From NCBI GenBank assembly GCA_963847675.1, contig CAWKAP010000005.1:292611-356610 (forward strand): DNA of 64,000 bases. Direction: 5' to 3'. Each line of letters begins with the position of its first letter. The first letter of the stretch is position 1. The notes below the pieces were generated by a model that saw only the letters and a program-made list of their open reading frames with translations, ran no database searches and was not told the DNA's origin. A program made the position numbers and the translations under genes. Positions 1 to 9,980 of the stretch are shown here, in pieces. The DNA comes from an uncultured beta proteobacterium (GTDB lineage Bacteria > Pseudomonadota > Gammaproteobacteria > Burkholderiales > Burkholderiaceae_F).

Positions 1-1050
1 ATCCTCGACCGCAGCCTGTGGGAGCGTTCGGGGCACTGGGAGAAGTACCGCGAGAACATGTTCACGACCGAGTCGGAGAGCAGGCACTACGCGCTGAAGC
101 CGATGAACTGCCCCGGGCACATCCAGATCTACAACGCGAACCTGCACAGCTACCGCGAACTGCCGCTGCGCTACGGGGAGTTCGGCGCCTGCCACCGCAA
201 CGAGCCTTCGGGCTCGCTGCACGGGATGATGCGCGTGCGCGGCTTCACGCAGGATGATGGCCACATCTTCTGCACCGAGGCGCAGATTCTCGACGAGTGC
301 GTGGCGTACACGGCGCTGCTGCAGAAGGTCTACCGCGACTTCGGCTTCGCGCACATCCTGTACAAGGTCTCGACGAGGCCGGCACAGCGCATCGGCTCGG
401 ACGAGTCGTGGGACAAGGCCGAGGAGGCGCTGATGGAGTCGCTGCGCCGCTCCGGGGTCGAGTTCACGGTGTCGCCGGGCGAAGGCGCGTTCTACGGCCC
501 GAAGATCGAGTACACGCTGAAGGATGCGATCGGGCGCGAGTGGCAATGCGGCACGATGCAGGTCGACTTCCAGATGCCGGCCCGCCTCGGTGCCGAGTAC
601 GTGGCCGAGGACAACACGCGCCAGGTGCCGGTGATGCTGCACCGGGCCATCATCGGATCGATGGAGCGCTTCATCGGCATGCTGGTCGAGAATTACGCGG
701 GCGCGATGCCGCCGTGGCTGGCGCCGGTGCAGGTCGGTATCGCCAATATCTCCGAGGGACAGGCCCACTACGCCGAGGACGTTGCGCAAACGCTGAAAAA
801 ACAAGGCTTTAGGGCCGAGGCTGATTTGCGCAACGAAAAGATCACCTATAAAATCCGCGCCCTTGCGCTGCAGAAGCTGCCCTACATCCTCGTGGTCGGG
901 GACAAGGAGAAGCCGGCAGCCGATGGAATCAAAAGGGTGGCTGTCAGGGCCCGCGGCGGCGGCGATCTCGGCGTGATGACGCTGGAGTCGTTCGCGGCGC
1001 GGCTTGCCGCCGACGTCGACGAGCGGCGCCAGGTCGGTCCGACAGCCTGA
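1..1050 (+). CDS. thrS: threonyl-tRNA synthetase, C-terminal part (5' end lies outside the window)
   Basis: Frame 1 is open from base 1 ([21 protein letters not shown]...). Class II aaRS core motifs are present ([49 protein letters not shown]). It is followed by infC-rpmI-rplT, as in the canonical operon. Confidence 0.97.
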   Translation: MLDRSLWERSGHWEKYRENMFTTESESRHYALKPMNCPGHIQIYNANLHSYRELPLRYGEFGACHRNEPSGSLHGMMRVRGFTQDDGHIFCTEAQILDECVAYTALLQKVYRDFGFAHILYKVSTRPAQRIGSDESWDKAEEALMESLRRSGVEFTVSPGEGAFYGPKIEYTLKDAIGREWQCGTMQVDFQMPARLGAEYVAEDNTRQVPVMLHRAIIGSMERFIGMLVENYAGAMPPWLAPVQVGIANISEGQAHYAEDVAQTLKKQGFRAEADLRNEKITYKIRALALQKLPYILVVGDKEKPAADGIKRVAVRARGGGDLGVMTLESFAARLAADVDERRQVGPTA

Positions 1051-1076
1051 GATCTTCTTTTTCGGAGTCAGGAACC

Positions 1077-1598
1077 ATCGCACAGGAACAATCGCACCGC
1101 ATCAACCGCGAGATCTCGGTGCCCGAAGTACGCCTGATCGGCGTCGACGGGGAACAACTCGGCATCGTCACGCTCGCCGACGCCTTCAGGCTGTCGGACG
1201 AGAACGAAGTCGATCTCGTGGAGATCGCACCGACCGCCGTGCCGCCAGTCTGTCGCCTGATGGACTACGGCAAGTTCAAATACCAGGAGCAGAAGAAGGC
1301 GCACGAGGCGCGACTGAAGCAGAAGGTCATCCAGGTCAAGGAGGTCAAGTTCCGTCCGCAGACCGACGAGAACGACTACCTGACCAAGATGCGCAAGCTG
1401 AAGGAGTTCCTGGCCGAAGGCGACAAGGCAAAGGTGACGCTGCGGTTCCGCGGCCGCGAGATGGCGCACCAGGAGTTCGGTGTGCGCCTTCTGGAGCGGA
1501 TCAAGGGCGAAACCGAGGAGATTGCGCAGGTCGAGTCATGGCCCAGGCTCGAGGGCCGGCAGATGGTGATGGTGCTGGCACCGAAGAAGAAGAAGTAG
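1077..1598 (+). CDS. infC: translation initiation factor IF-3, probable non-AUG (ATC) start
   Basis: The ORF track starts at GTG 1119 ([15 protein letters not shown]...). The frame stays open upstream and encodes [14 protein letters not shown], the conserved IF-3 N-terminus. ATC at 1077 lies 9 nt after GGAG (1064-1067), and there is no ATG/GTG/TTG between the thrS stop and 1119. Confidence 0.88.
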   Translation: MAQEQSHRINREISVPEVRLIGVDGEQLGIVTLADAFRLSDENEVDLVEIAPTAVPPVCRLMDYGKFKYQEQKKAHEARLKQKVIQVKEVKFRPQTDENDYLTKMRKLKEFLAEGDKAKVTLRFRGREMAHQEFGVRLLERIKGETEEIAQVESWPRLEGRQMVMVLAPKKKK

Positions 1599-1711
1599 GT
1601 TTTTCGCCGCTTCCGGCGGGATTGGTCTCCCGCCGGCGGCGCCAACAAGTGAGCGCGGGCCAGAAAAGTCCCTTCGGGGCGCCTGCGGTCATCAAATCAG
1701 AGGAGGGCAAG

Positions 1712-1909
1712 ATGCCCAAGATGAAGACCAAGAAGGCCGCCGCGAAGCGATTCGTCGTTCGTGCCAGCGGATCGATCAAGCGAGGTCAGGCGACGAAGCG
1801 CCACATCCTGACCAAGCGCACCACCAAGAACAAGCGCCATCTGCGCGGCACCGTGCAGATGCACGATTCCGACGTGGCTTCCGTCAAGCGCATGCTGCCT
1901 TACGCCTAG
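1712..1909 (+). CDS. rpmI: 50S ribosomal protein L35
   Basis: [46 protein letters not shown]. There is a GGAGGG Shine-Dalgarno just upstream. It sits between infC and rplT. Confidence 0.97.
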   Translation: MPKMKTKKAAAKRFVVRASGSIKRGQATKRHILTKRTTKNKRHLRGTVQMHDSDVASVKRMLPYA

Positions 1910-1920
1910 GGGGAGACGAG

Positions 1921-2280
1921 ATGCCTCGAGTCAAACGTGGTGTGACCGCGCGCGCGCGGCACAAGAAGGTCCTCGCCAAGGCGAAGGGGTTCACGCAACG
2001 GCGCAAGAACGTCTTCCGCGTTGCCAAGCAGGCCGTGATGAAGGCCGGGCAGTACGCGTACCGCGACCGGCGTGCGCGCAAGCGTGTCTTCCGGTCGCTG
2101 TGGATCGCCCGCATCAATGCGGCAGTGCGCGAGCAGGGACTGACCTACTCGGCCTTCATGGCAGGGTTGAAGAAGGCGGCTATCGAGATCGACCGCAAGG
2201 TGCTGGCTGACATGGCAGTGCTCGACAAGCCCGGCTTCGCGGCGGTCGTCGACCAGGTCAAGACCAGTCTGTCCACCTGA
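1921..2280 (+). CDS. rplT: 50S ribosomal protein L20
   Basis: [24 protein letters not shown]...[22 protein letters not shown], 119 aa. Confidence 0.98.
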   Translation: MPRVKRGVTARARHKKVLAKAKGFTQRRKNVFRVAKQAVMKAGQYAYRDRRARKRVFRSLWIARINAAVREQGLTYSAFMAGLKKAAIEIDRKVLADMAVLDKPGFAAVVDQVKTSLST

Positions 2281-2333
2281 TCGGCTTCCGGTGCTGCAGT
2301 CGAGTTTCGCACCGGAGCCCTTCGATCAAGATG

Positions 2334-2369
2334 GGGCCTGGCCTAGCCGCCGGGCCCCGTTTCTTTCTG
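2334..2369 (+). terminator. GC-rich hairpin plus T-rich tract just upstream of pheS (rplT terminator or pheST attenuator candidate)
   Basis: ggggcctgg (2334-2342) pairs with ccgggcccc (2351-2359) as a 9-bp stem with one G-U, followed by gtttctttct. A second hairpin (ccggtgc/gcaccgg, about 2286-2317) precedes it. The function is inferred only. Confidence 0.45.
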
Positions 2370-2373
2370 CGCC

Positions 2374-3390
2374 ATGACCGACCCTGAAGAACTGATCCGC
2401 GCCGCGCAGGCTGCCTTCGCCGCGGCCACGCAACGCGCTGCGCTGGAAAACGAGAAGGCCCGCTTCCTCGGCAAGGGCGGCCGCCTGACTGAACTGCTCA
2501 AAGGCCTGGCCAGGCTTTCAGCCGAGGAGAAGCGCAGCCAGGGCGCGCGCATCAACGCCGCCAAGGAACGCATCGAGCAGTTGCTCGAACAGCGCCGTGC
2601 CGAGCTGGCCGAAGCGGAACTCAATGCGCGCCTGGCCCAGGAAGCGATCGATGTCACGCTGCCCGGTCGCCGGCGCAGTGCCGGCGGCATTCATCCGGTG
2701 ATCCGTACCTGGCAGCGCATCGAGGAGATCTTCGGCTCGATCGGTTTCGACCTGGCCGACGGGCCCGAGATCGAAAACGACTGGTACAACTTCACCGCGC
2801 TTAACAATCCCGAGAACCATCCGGCGCGATCAATGCAGGACACTTTTTACGTCGACGCCAGCGACGAGCACGGAAAGCCCCTCCTGCTGCGCACGCATAC
2901 CAGTCCGATGCAGGTGCGCTACGCGCGCATGCACAAGCCGCCGATCAAGGTCATCGCGCTCGGCCGCACCTATCGGGTCGACTCCGACGCCACGCACTCG
3001 CCGATGTTCCACCAGGTCGAAGGGTTGTGGATCGACGAGCACATCAGCTTCGCTGACCTGAAAGCCGTCTACACGGATTTCATGCGTCGCTTCTTCGAGA
3101 CGGACGACCTGCAGGTGCGCTTCCGTCCCTCCTTCTTTCCCTTCACCGAGCCGTCGGCCGAGATCGACATGATGTTCACCAGCGGCGCGCTGCAGGGCAA
3201 GTGGCTGGAGATCTCCGGCGCCGGACAGGTCCACCCGGGCGTCGTGCGCAATTTCGGCCTCGATCCCGAGCGCCACATCGGCTTTGCGTTCGGCTCCGGT
3301 CTCGAACGGCTGACGATGCTGCGCTACGGCGTCGACGATCTGCGCCTTTTCTTCGAGGGCGACCTGCGCTTCCTGGCGCAGTTCAACTGA
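2374..3390 (+). CDS. pheS: phenylalanyl-tRNA synthetase alpha subunit
   Basis: 338 aa with an N-terminal coiled-coil region, then [40 protein letters not shown] and [13 protein letters not shown]. Confidence 0.98.
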   Translation: MTDPEELIRAAQAAFAAATQRAALENEKARFLGKGGRLTELLKGLARLSAEEKRSQGARINAAKERIEQLLEQRRAELAEAELNARLAQEAIDVTLPGRRRSAGGIHPVIRTWQRIEEIFGSIGFDLADGPEIENDWYNFTALNNPENHPARSMQDTFYVDASDEHGKPLLLRTHTSPMQVRYARMHKPPIKVIALGRTYRVDSDATHSPMFHQVEGLWIDEHISFADLKAVYTDFMRRFFETDDLQVRFRPSFFPFTEPSAEIDMMFTSGALQGKWLEISGAGQVHPGVVRNFGLDPERHIGFAFGSGLERLTMLRYGVDDLRLFFEGDLRFLAQFN

Positions 3391-3411
3391 TCCTCGGCGG
3401 AGCGAACGACG

Positions 3412-5862
3412 ATGCAATTCCCCGAATCGTGGCTGCGCGCCTACGCGGACCCGGCGCTCGACTCCGACGCGCTGGCCGATGCGCTGACGATGGCCGGACT
3501 CGAAGTCGACGAGAGTGTTCCGGTCGCGCCTTCGTTCTCTCACGTGGTCGTCGCGAACGTGCTTTCCGTCGCGCGACATCCGGACGCCGACAAGCTCACC
3601 GTATGCCGGGTCGATGCCGGCACCGGCGCCGAGCTGGCCATCGTCTGCGGCGCACCGAATGTCAGCGCCGGCATCCGTGTTCCCTGCGCGCTCGTCGGCG
3701 CGCAGCTGCCCGGCGGCTTCGCGATCAAGGAAGCGACAATGCGCGGCGTCGTGTCCCAGGGCATGCTCTGCTCCGCGCGCGAACTCGGCCTGTCCGAGGA
3801 CCATGAAGGGCTGCTGATCCTGCCCGCCGATGCACCGGTGGGCCGCGACCTTCGCCAGTATCTGCTCCTCGACGAGCGGAAGATCACGATCAAGCTGACG
3901 CCGAATCGTGGCGACTGCCTGAGCGTGCTCGGCGTGGCGCGGGAGGTGGCGGCAATCACCGGCGTGCCGCTGCGTGCGCCGTCGTTTGCTCCAGTAGCTG
4001 CCACGATCGACGATCGCCTTGCGGTGCGCGTACAGGCGCCGGACCTTTGCGGACGCTTCTCGGGCCGCGTGATCCGCGGCCTGGACGCAAAGGCGCCGAC
4101 ACCGCCGTGGATGAAACAGCGGCTGGAGCGCAGCGGCCAGCGCTCGATCTCGGCACTGGTCGACATCTCCAACTACGTGATGCTCGAACTCGGTCGGCCA
4201 TCGCACGTCTTCGACCTCGCCAGGGTGCAGGGCCAGCTGCAGGTCCGCTGGGGCCGCGCCGGCGAGACCGTCGAACTGCTCAACGGGCAGACCGTGACCG
4301 TCGACGACTGGGTCGGCGTGATTGCCGACGACCGCGGTGTCGAGGCGCTGGCCGGTGTGATGGGTGGCGAAGCAACGGCGGTGACGCTGGAGACGACCGA
4401 CGTCTACGTCGAGGCGGCGTTCTGGTGGCCGGAGGCGATTCAGGGCCGCGCCCGCCGATTCAATTTCAGCACCGACGCGGCGCACCGGTTCGAGCGCGGC
4501 GTCGACTATTCGACGACCGTCGAGCACATCGAGTACATCACGCGGCTGCTGCTCGACATCTGCGGGACGCCGGCGACCCGGATCGGTCCGGTCGACGACC
4601 AGGTCGTGGCACTGCCCGAGCGGCATCCGGTGACGATGCGAACCGAGCGCTGCCGCAAGGTACTCGGCGTGTCGGTCACCGACGAGGAGATCGCCGACGT
4701 GCTGCGGCGGCTCGGCCTGGAGTTCGAGCGGCAGCCGGGTCGGGTCGTGGTGACGCCGCCGCCGTATCGCTTCGACCTGGTCATCGAAGAGGACCTGATC
4801 GAGGAGGTCGCGCGCCTGTGGGGCTTCGAGCGGATCCCGGCTCAGCCGCCGAACGCGCCGATCGTGATGCGCAGCCGGCCCGAGGCTCGCCGGACGCAGC
4901 ACGGCCTGCGCCAGCACCTCGTCGCCGCCGGCTATCAGGAACTGGTCAACTACTCGTTCGTCGAGGCGCAGTGGGAGCAGGATCTCAGCGGCGTGGACGA
5001 ACCGATCCGCGTGCTCAATCCCATCGCCAGCCAGTTCGGCGTCATGCGCACGAGCCTGATAGGAGGTCTCGTCGCCGCGCTCAAGTACAACCTCAACCGG
5101 AAGGCCGGCAGGGTGCGCATATTCGAGCTCGGCCGCGTGTTCCTGCGCGACGGCTCGACGGCGGAAGGGCCGCTCAGCGTCCGCGGTATTCGCCAGCCCG
5201 TCAGGCTCGCCGCCCTGGCGTACGGGGCGGCGGACGACGAGCAGTGGGGAACGGCCAGTCGCGAGGCCGACTTCTTCGACGTCAAGGGCGACCTCGAAGG
5301 ACTGCTGGCGGGAAGCGCGCTGCGCTTCGAGTCGGGAATCCATCCGGCACTGCATCCCGGCCGCGGCGCACGCGTCATGCTGGCCGGCGAGCCGGTCGGG
5401 TGGATCGGCGAATTGCATCCGCGCTGGCGGCAGAAATACGAGCTGCCGCGGTCGCCGGTTCTGTTCGAAATCGACGTTGAACCGCTGCTGCCGATTGCAC
5501 TGCCTGTGGCAACCGCCGTGCCCCGCTTCCCCGAGATCCAGCGCGACATTGCGCTCTGGTTCCATGAATCGGTCCCGCTGCAGGGCATCTACGACGTGGT
5601 GGGCGAACTGGCGCAGGCCGACCCGCGGCTCGCATGCCTGCGGCAGTTCCGTTTGTTCGATCTGTACCGGCCACCGGTCAGCGCTTCAAGCAGAATCGAG
5701 GAAGCGGGCGCTAACGTCATGTTAATTAAGGAAAAGAGTCTTGCGTTCAGGCTTCTTCTCCAAGATACTGAGCGCACCCTGGCAGAAGCGCAGGCCGAAG
5801 CAGCAGTGGCAGCAATCGTCGAAGGCCTGAGCACCCGCCTGAACGCACGCCTGCGGCAGTAG
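3412..5862 (+). CDS. pheT: phenylalanyl-tRNA synthetase beta subunit
   Basis: 816 aa starting [11 protein letters not shown]. It has a tRNA-binding OB domain ([23 protein letters not shown]), B3/4 and B5 regions and a C-terminal FDX-ACB-like end. It lies directly after pheS. Confidence 0.98.
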   Translation: MQFPESWLRAYADPALDSDALADALTMAGLEVDESVPVAPSFSHVVVANVLSVARHPDADKLTVCRVDAGTGAELAIVCGAPNVSAGIRVPCALVGAQLPGGFAIKEATMRGVVSQGMLCSARELGLSEDHEGLLILPADAPVGRDLRQYLLLDERKITIKLTPNRGDCLSVLGVAREVAAITGVPLRAPSFAPVAATIDDRLAVRVQAPDLCGRFSGRVIRGLDAKAPTPPWMKQRLERSGQRSISALVDISNYVMLELGRPSHVFDLARVQGQLQVRWGRAGETVELLNGQTVTVDDWVGVIADDRGVEALAGVMGGEATAVTLETTDVYVEAAFWWPEAIQGRARRFNFSTDAAHRFERGVDYSTTVEHIEYITRLLLDICGTPATRIGPVDDQVVALPERHPVTMRTERCRKVLGVSVTDEEIADVLRRLGLEFERQPGRVVVTPPPYRFDLVIEEDLIEEVARLWGFERIPAQPPNAPIVMRSRPEARRTQHGLRQHLVAAGYQELVNYSFVEAQWEQDLSGVDEPIRVLNPIASQFGVMRTSLIGGLVAALKYNLNRKAGRVRIFELGRVFLRDGSTAEGPLSVRGIRQPVRLAALAYGAADDEQWGTASREADFFDVKGDLEGLLAGSALRFESGIHPALHPGRGARVMLAGEPVGWIGELHPRWRQKYELPRSPVLFEIDVEPLLPIALPVATAVPRFPEIQRDIALWFHESVPLQGIYDVVGELAQADPRLACLRQFRLFDLYRPPVSASSRIEEAGANVMLIKEKSLAFRLLLQDTERTLAEAQAEAAVAAIVEGLSTRLNARLRQ

Positions 5863-5866
5863 CCAA

Positions 5867-6238
5867 ATGAGCATCGATCGAGAAGCCAATCCTTTCAAGT
5901 TGCCGGGCCTGCCAGGCGACGGCGAAGCGGACCATGGCGCCCGGACCGTGACCAAGGCCGAGCTGGCCGACGCACTCTTCGAGCGGCTTGGCCTGAACAA
6001 GCGCGAGGCCAAGGAGATGGTCGACGCATTCTTCGACGAGATCCGCCTGGCTCTGGAGCGCGGGGAGTCGGTCAAGCTGTCCGGCTTCGGCAATTTCCAG
6101 CTGCGCGACAAGCCGAAGCGGCCGGGCCGCAACCCGAAGACCGGCGAGGAGATCGCCATTACCGCGCGCCGGGTGGTGACCTTTCACGCCAGCCAGAAGC
6201 TGAAGGCGACCGTGTCACGCTCGCAGGACGCGACCTGA
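5867..6238 (+). CDS. ihfA: integration host factor alpha subunit (start uncertain; GTG 5948 would give a canonical-length protein)
   Basis: [68 protein letters not shown]. It follows pheT as in many proteobacteria. The ATG at 5867 adds about 27 non-conserved residues. Confidence 0.92.
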   Translation: MSIDREANPFKLPGLPGDGEADHGARTVTKAELADALFERLGLNKREAKEMVDAFFDEIRLALERGESVKLSGFGNFQLRDKPKRPGRNPKTGEEIAITARRVVTFHASQKLKATVSRSQDAT

Positions 6239-6276
6239 GCCAAGCACGCCGGCACCATTCACCGCACCCCGGTCCC

Positions 6277-6657
6277 ATGCTGCGCTCGAACGTGACGGCT
6301 GACGACACCGGCGCCCTTCCGGCCATTCCGGCCAAGCGCTACTTCACGATCGGCGAAGTCAGCGATCTGTGCCGAGTGAAGCCGCACGTGCTGCGCTACT
6401 GGGAGCAGGAATTCACCCAGCTGAAGCCGATCAAGCGGCGCGGCAACCGCCGCTACTACCAGCATCACGAAGTACTGCTCGTGCGCCGTATCCGCGAACT
6501 GCTCTACGAGCAGGGCTACACGATCAGTGGCGCGCGCAACAAGCTCGAAGGTGGCCGAAATGGCGGGCGACGCGCTTCGCAGAGTGCCGAGTTGTCGCTT
6601 GCCGAAGTCAGGCGCGAACTGCTCTTGCTGCGCGATATCCTGCGAGGGGAGAAGTGA
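6277..6657 (+). CDS. MerR-family transcriptional regulator (conserved partner downstream of ihfA)
   Basis: N-terminal MerR helix-turn-helix [30 protein letters not shown]...RRYY, 126 aa. Confidence 0.85.
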   Translation: MLRSNVTADDTGALPAIPAKRYFTIGEVSDLCRVKPHVLRYWEQEFTQLKPIKRRGNRRYYQHHEVLLVRRIRELLYEQGYTISGARNKLEGGRNGGRRASQSAELSLAEVRRELLLLRDILRGEK

Positions 6658-6683
6658 AGAGCGGCGTGTACAATCCGCGCCGA

Positions 6684-6761
<78 letters not shown>

Positions 6762-6778
6762 CGGATGACTTTGCAAAG

Positions 6779-6810
6779 GCCGGTGTGCGCGGTGCGCACG
6801 CCGGCTTTTT
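6779..6810 (+). terminator. rho-independent terminator after tRNA-Pro
   Basis: gccggtgtgcgc / gcgcacgccggc forms a 12-bp stem (one G-U) followed by ttttt. Confidence 0.75.
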
Positions 6811-6821
6811 CATTTTTGCGC

Positions 6822-7574
6822 ATGCGCATACTCGTTGCCAACGACGACGGCTACCTCGCGCCCGGCCTGGCGGCACTGGCCGATCGCATGCGCGGCCTCG
6901 GCGAGATATTCGTGATCGCGCCCGAGTCGAACCACAGTGGCGCGAGCAATTCGCTGACGCTCAGCCGGCCCTTGACGGTGCGGGAAGCGAGCAACGGCTT
7001 CAGGTATGTGAACGGGACCCCCACCGACTGCGTGCACATCGCGCTGACCGGACTGCTCGAACAGCGGCCCGACCTGGTCGTTTCCGGCATCAACAACGGC
7101 CAGAACATGGGCGACGACACGATCTATTCCGGCACCGTGGCGGCCGCGATGGAGGGATATCTTTTCGGCGTGCCGGCGATTGCCTTTTCCCAGATCGAAA
7201 AGGGCCATGCGCACCTGGACGCCGCCGCCGACGTCGCGGCCGACGTGGTCGAGCGCTTCCTGCGTGATCCGCTGCCGGCACCGGTGCTGCTGAACGTCAA
7301 CATCCCGAACCGGCCGCGCGATGAACTGCGCGGCATGCGCGTGACGCGTCTCGGCAAGCGCCACCACTCCGAGCCGGTCATCCGGGCAGCCAATCCGCAC
7401 GGCGAGCCGATCTACTGGATTGGCGCGGCCGGTGTGGCGAAGGACGCGGGACCGGGCACCGACTTTCATGCCGTCGAGAGCGGCTACGTGTCGATCACGC
7501 CGCTGCAGATCGATCTGACTCACTGCGGCCAGATGGGGAGTGTTGAACAGTGGCTGCAGCGCGGCCCGAATTGA
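6822..7574 (+). CDS. surE: 5'/3'-nucleotidase SurE
   Basis: [16 protein letters not shown]...[14 protein letters not shown]...GTPTDCV...[26 protein letters not shown] chose the internal ATG at 6822 because the upstream part of the ORF overlaps the tRNA. Confidence 0.95.
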   Translation: MRILVANDDGYLAPGLAALADRMRGLGEIFVIAPESNHSGASNSLTLSRPLTVREASNGFRYVNGTPTDCVHIALTGLLEQRPDLVVSGINNGQNMGDDTIYSGTVAAAMEGYLFGVPAIAFSQIEKGHAHLDAAADVAADVVERFLRDPLPAPVLLNVNIPNRPRDELRGMRVTRLGKRHHSEPVIRAANPHGEPIYWIGAAGVAKDAGPGTDFHAVESGYVSITPLQIDLTHCGQMGSVEQWLQRGPN

Positions 7575-8242
7575 TACCGGCGACCGAAAGCCGCGACGCG
7601 CTGGCCTCGCAGCGCGTGCGCGACAAGATGGCCGAACGGATCGGGCAGCAGGGCGTGCGCGATGTGCGGGTGCTGCAGGCAATGGCGACCGTGCCCCGGC
7701 ATCTGTTCGTCGATCCGGCGCTGGCGAGCCGTGCATACGAAGATGCCGCAATGCCGATCGGCCATGGCCAGACGATCTCCCGGCCGTATATCGTTGCCCG
7801 CTGCGCAGAGCTGCTGCTCGAAGCGATACCGCAGCCGCGCTCGGCGACCGTGTTGGAAATCGGCACCGGCTGCGGTTACGCTGCGGCTGTTCTGGCGCAG
7901 TTGTTTGGCACCGTGGTCTCGATCGAGCGGCTGCGGCCGATGCATGAACTGGCGCGAGCGAACCTGCGGCCGCTGCGACTGCCGAATCTGAGGTTGGTGT
8001 TCGGCGATGGCAGCCTCGGTGTGCCCGGCCAGCCGCCATTCGATCGCATCGTTGCCGCGGCGGCAGGCGCAAATCTGCCATCGGCCTGGCTGGCGCAACT
8101 GCGCAATGAGGGGCGCCTGGTCGCGCCGCTCGGCACGGGTGAGCAGCGCCTGGTCGTTGTGAACAAGGATGCGGCAGGGCGGGTGAGCCAGCGGACGGTC
8201 GAGGCCGTGCGCTTCGTCCCGCTGAAACCAGGGACAGGTTGA
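7550..8242 (+). CDS. pcm: protein-L-isoaspartate O-methyltransferase
   Basis: [36 protein letters not shown] and the SAM motif [16 protein letters not shown]. The GTG start overlaps the surE end, so the start is uncertain (ATG 7628 is probably too short). Confidence 0.93.
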   Translation: MAAARPELIPATESRDALASQRVRDKMAERIGQQGVRDVRVLQAMATVPRHLFVDPALASRAYEDAAMPIGHGQTISRPYIVARCAELLLEAIPQPRSATVLEIGTGCGYAAAVLAQLFGTVVSIERLRPMHELARANLRPLRLPNLRLVFGDGSLGVPGQPPFDRIVAAAAGANLPSAWLAQLRNEGRLVAPLGTGEQRLVVVNKDAAGRVSQRTVEAVRFVPLKPGTG

Positions 8243-9147
8243 TGAAAAGTACTTTGAGCCTACGATTTGACGGCAAGCGCAGGCGCGCACGACAGTGGAT
8301 GGTCGCGGTCGCCATCGTCTCGGGACTCGCCGGCTGCTCGATTACATCGACTCGAGAGGCGCCGGTCTCTGAACGCTCGACGCCGCCCGCGGCGCCGGCA
8401 AAGGCGCCACCTCCGGTCGTTGCCGTCAAGCCGCCCCCGCCGCGTGTGCCTGCGGCGGACGGCAACTACCGGGTGCAGCCCGGCGACACGCTGTTCTCGA
8501 TCGCCGCTGCGTTCGGAGCCGACGTCAAGGATCTCGCGCGCTGGAACGGCCTCGAGGATCCGTCGCGGATCCGGGTCGGCCAGATCCTGCGCGTCGTGCC
8601 GCCGAACAGCGAGACCGCGGCGGTGTTGCCCGTGACACCGACCAGTCCGGCGACAACCCGGCCGCTGGAAGGATCTGCCGCGGCGCCGGCAGCCGGCGCG
8701 CCGGCACCTGCGGCGGAGGCGGCGACAACGCCGGGCCCGCTCGCTTCGATTCCCGAAGCGAGGCCGCCCGCGGCGGCGCCAAGCAGCGACTGGATCTGGC
8801 CCGTCAATGGCCGAGTAATCGACAAGTTCGACGAAAAGCGCAACAAGGGCATCGGCATCGCCGGCAAGGAAGGAGATCCGGTGGTTGCCTCCGCCGATGG
8901 ACAGGTCGTCTACAGCGGCAGCGGACTGCGCGGCTACGGGAACCTGGTGATTCTGAAGCACAGCGACGACTTCATCTCGGCATACGCGCACAACCGGCAG
9001 ATCCTCGTCAAGCAGGGACAGGTCGTAAAGCGCGGCCAGCGGATTGCCGAAGTGGGGCGCTCGGATGCCACGGAGCCGAAGCTGCATTTCGAGATCCGGC
9101 GCCAGGGCAAGCCGGTCGATCCACTCGCCTACCTGCCGCCGCGCTGA
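8242..9147 (+). CDS. nlpD: LysM/M23-peptidase lipoprotein (NlpD-like murein hydrolase activator)
   Basis: Lipobox LAGC, LysM (YRVQPGDTLFSIAAAFGADVKDLARWNGL), an Ala/Pro-rich linker and an M23 domain (GIGIAGKEGDPV...HFEIRRQGKPVDPL). ATG 8242 shares its A with the pcm stop codon (TGATG). The track start, TTG 8239, is also possible. Confidence 0.9.
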   Translation: MKSTLSLRFDGKRRRARQWMVAVAIVSGLAGCSITSTREAPVSERSTPPAAPAKAPPPVVAVKPPPPRVPAADGNYRVQPGDTLFSIAAAFGADVKDLARWNGLEDPSRIRVGQILRVVPPNSETAAVLPVTPTSPATTRPLEGSAAAPAAGAPAPAAEAATTPGPLASIPEARPPAAAPSSDWIWPVNGRVIDKFDEKRNKGIGIAGKEGDPVVASADGQVVYSGSGLRGYGNLVILKHSDDFISAYAHNRQILVKQGQVVKRGQRIAEVGRSDATEPKLHFEIRRQGKPVDPLAYLPPR

Positions 9148-9196
9148 CTGAGCGGGGGTTGCGCTCAGTGACGCGGTCCGCAGGCGGACACGGCCG

Positions 9197-9976
9197 ATGA
9201 CGCCGACGCTGGTATTCGACATCGAGACCGTGCCCGATACGGCGGGCCTGCGCCGACTGCGGCCCGAGTGGCAGACGCTGGCCGATGCCGAGGTCGCCGA
9301 GCGCGCGTTTGCCGAGCGCCGCGAAAAGACCGGCTCGGACTTTCTGCCGCTGCACCTGCATCGCGTCGTTGCGATCGGCTGCGGGTTCCGCGACGCGCAG
9401 GGCCTGCGCGTGCGCTGTCTCGGTACGGAACAGGATGACGAAGGCAAGCTGATCGCTGATTTTTATCGCCTCATCGATCGCTACACCCCCCAGCTGGTCA
9501 GCTGGAACGGCGGCGGCTTCGACCTGCCGGTGCTGCACTACCGTGCGCTGATTCACGGCGTGCCCGCGTCACGCTACTGGGAAATGGGCGAGGACGATCG
9601 CGACTTCAGGTGGAACAACTACATCAGCCGCTACCACGTCCGCCATCTCGACCTGATGGACCTGCTATCGATGTACCAGCCGCGGGCCACGGCGCCGCTC
9701 GACGAAATCGCGAAACTGGCCGGCTACGCCGGCAAGCTGGGCATGGATGGCGCGAGTGTGTGGTCCGCGTACCAGCAGGGCGGGCTGCGGGAGATCCGCG
9801 CCTATTGCGAAACCGATGTGGTCAACACCTTTCTCGTCTACACGAGATTCCAGAGGATGCGAGGCGTATTGACCGACGACGCCCTCGTGGCCGAGGAAGC
9901 ATTGGCGCGAGCGACCCTGAAGGCCGCCGACGGCGAGCACTGGCGCGAATTCCTCGCCGCCTGGCCGGAACGCTGA
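9197..9976 (+). CDS. predicted 3'-5' exonuclease related to the PolB exonuclease domain (DnaQ-like fold)
   Basis: Exo motifs in order: VFDIETVPD, SWNGGGFDLPVL, YCETDVVNT. 259 aa. The family name is recalled from memory and not searched. Confidence 0.72.
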   Translation: MTPTLVFDIETVPDTAGLRRLRPEWQTLADAEVAERAFAERREKTGSDFLPLHLHRVVAIGCGFRDAQGLRVRCLGTEQDDEGKLIADFYRLIDRYTPQLVSWNGGGFDLPVLHYRALIHGVPASRYWEMGEDDRDFRWNNYISRYHVRHLDLMDLLSMYQPRATAPLDEIAKLAGYAGKLGMDGASVWSAYQQGGLREIRAYCETDVVNTFLVYTRFQRMRGVLTDDALVAEEALARATLKAADGEHWREFLAAWPER

Positions 9977-9980
9977 CCCG

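Noticed and set aside
1599-1711. The 113-nt infC-rpmI spacer with small GC hairpins, considered as an L20-binding translational operator.
   Set aside because: It is plausible by analogy with E. coli. However, I could not identify the pseudoknot or the 23S-mimic elements by eye, so the evidence is too weak to annotate.
2331-2387. 18-codon mini-[21 protein letters not shown] upstream of and overlapping the pheS start, containing two Phe codons. I considered it as a pheM-like attenuator leader peptide.
   Set aside because: It has only two Phe codons. They lie in the U-tract after the terminator-like hairpin rather than before an antiterminator, so ribosome stalling there could not control hairpin formation. 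There is no Shine-Dalgarno sequence in front of its ATG.
2830-5565. 911-aa ORF on the minus strand, antisense to pheS/pheT.
   Set aside because: It is a shadow ORF. The plus strand encodes unmistakable PheS/PheT. The antisense product is Arg/Ala/Gly/Pro/Asp-rich low-complexity sequence with no recognisable domain. Long open antisense frames are expected when third-codon positions are almost all G/C.
5867-5947. 27-residue Pro/Gly/Asp-rich N-terminal extension on IHF-alpha when it is started at ATG 5867.
   Set aside because: I cannot decide from sequence alone. GTG 5948 gives the canonical (M)[10 protein letters not shown] start, but neither start has a clear Shine-Dalgarno sequence. I recorded it as start-codon uncertainty rather than as a novel IHF variant.
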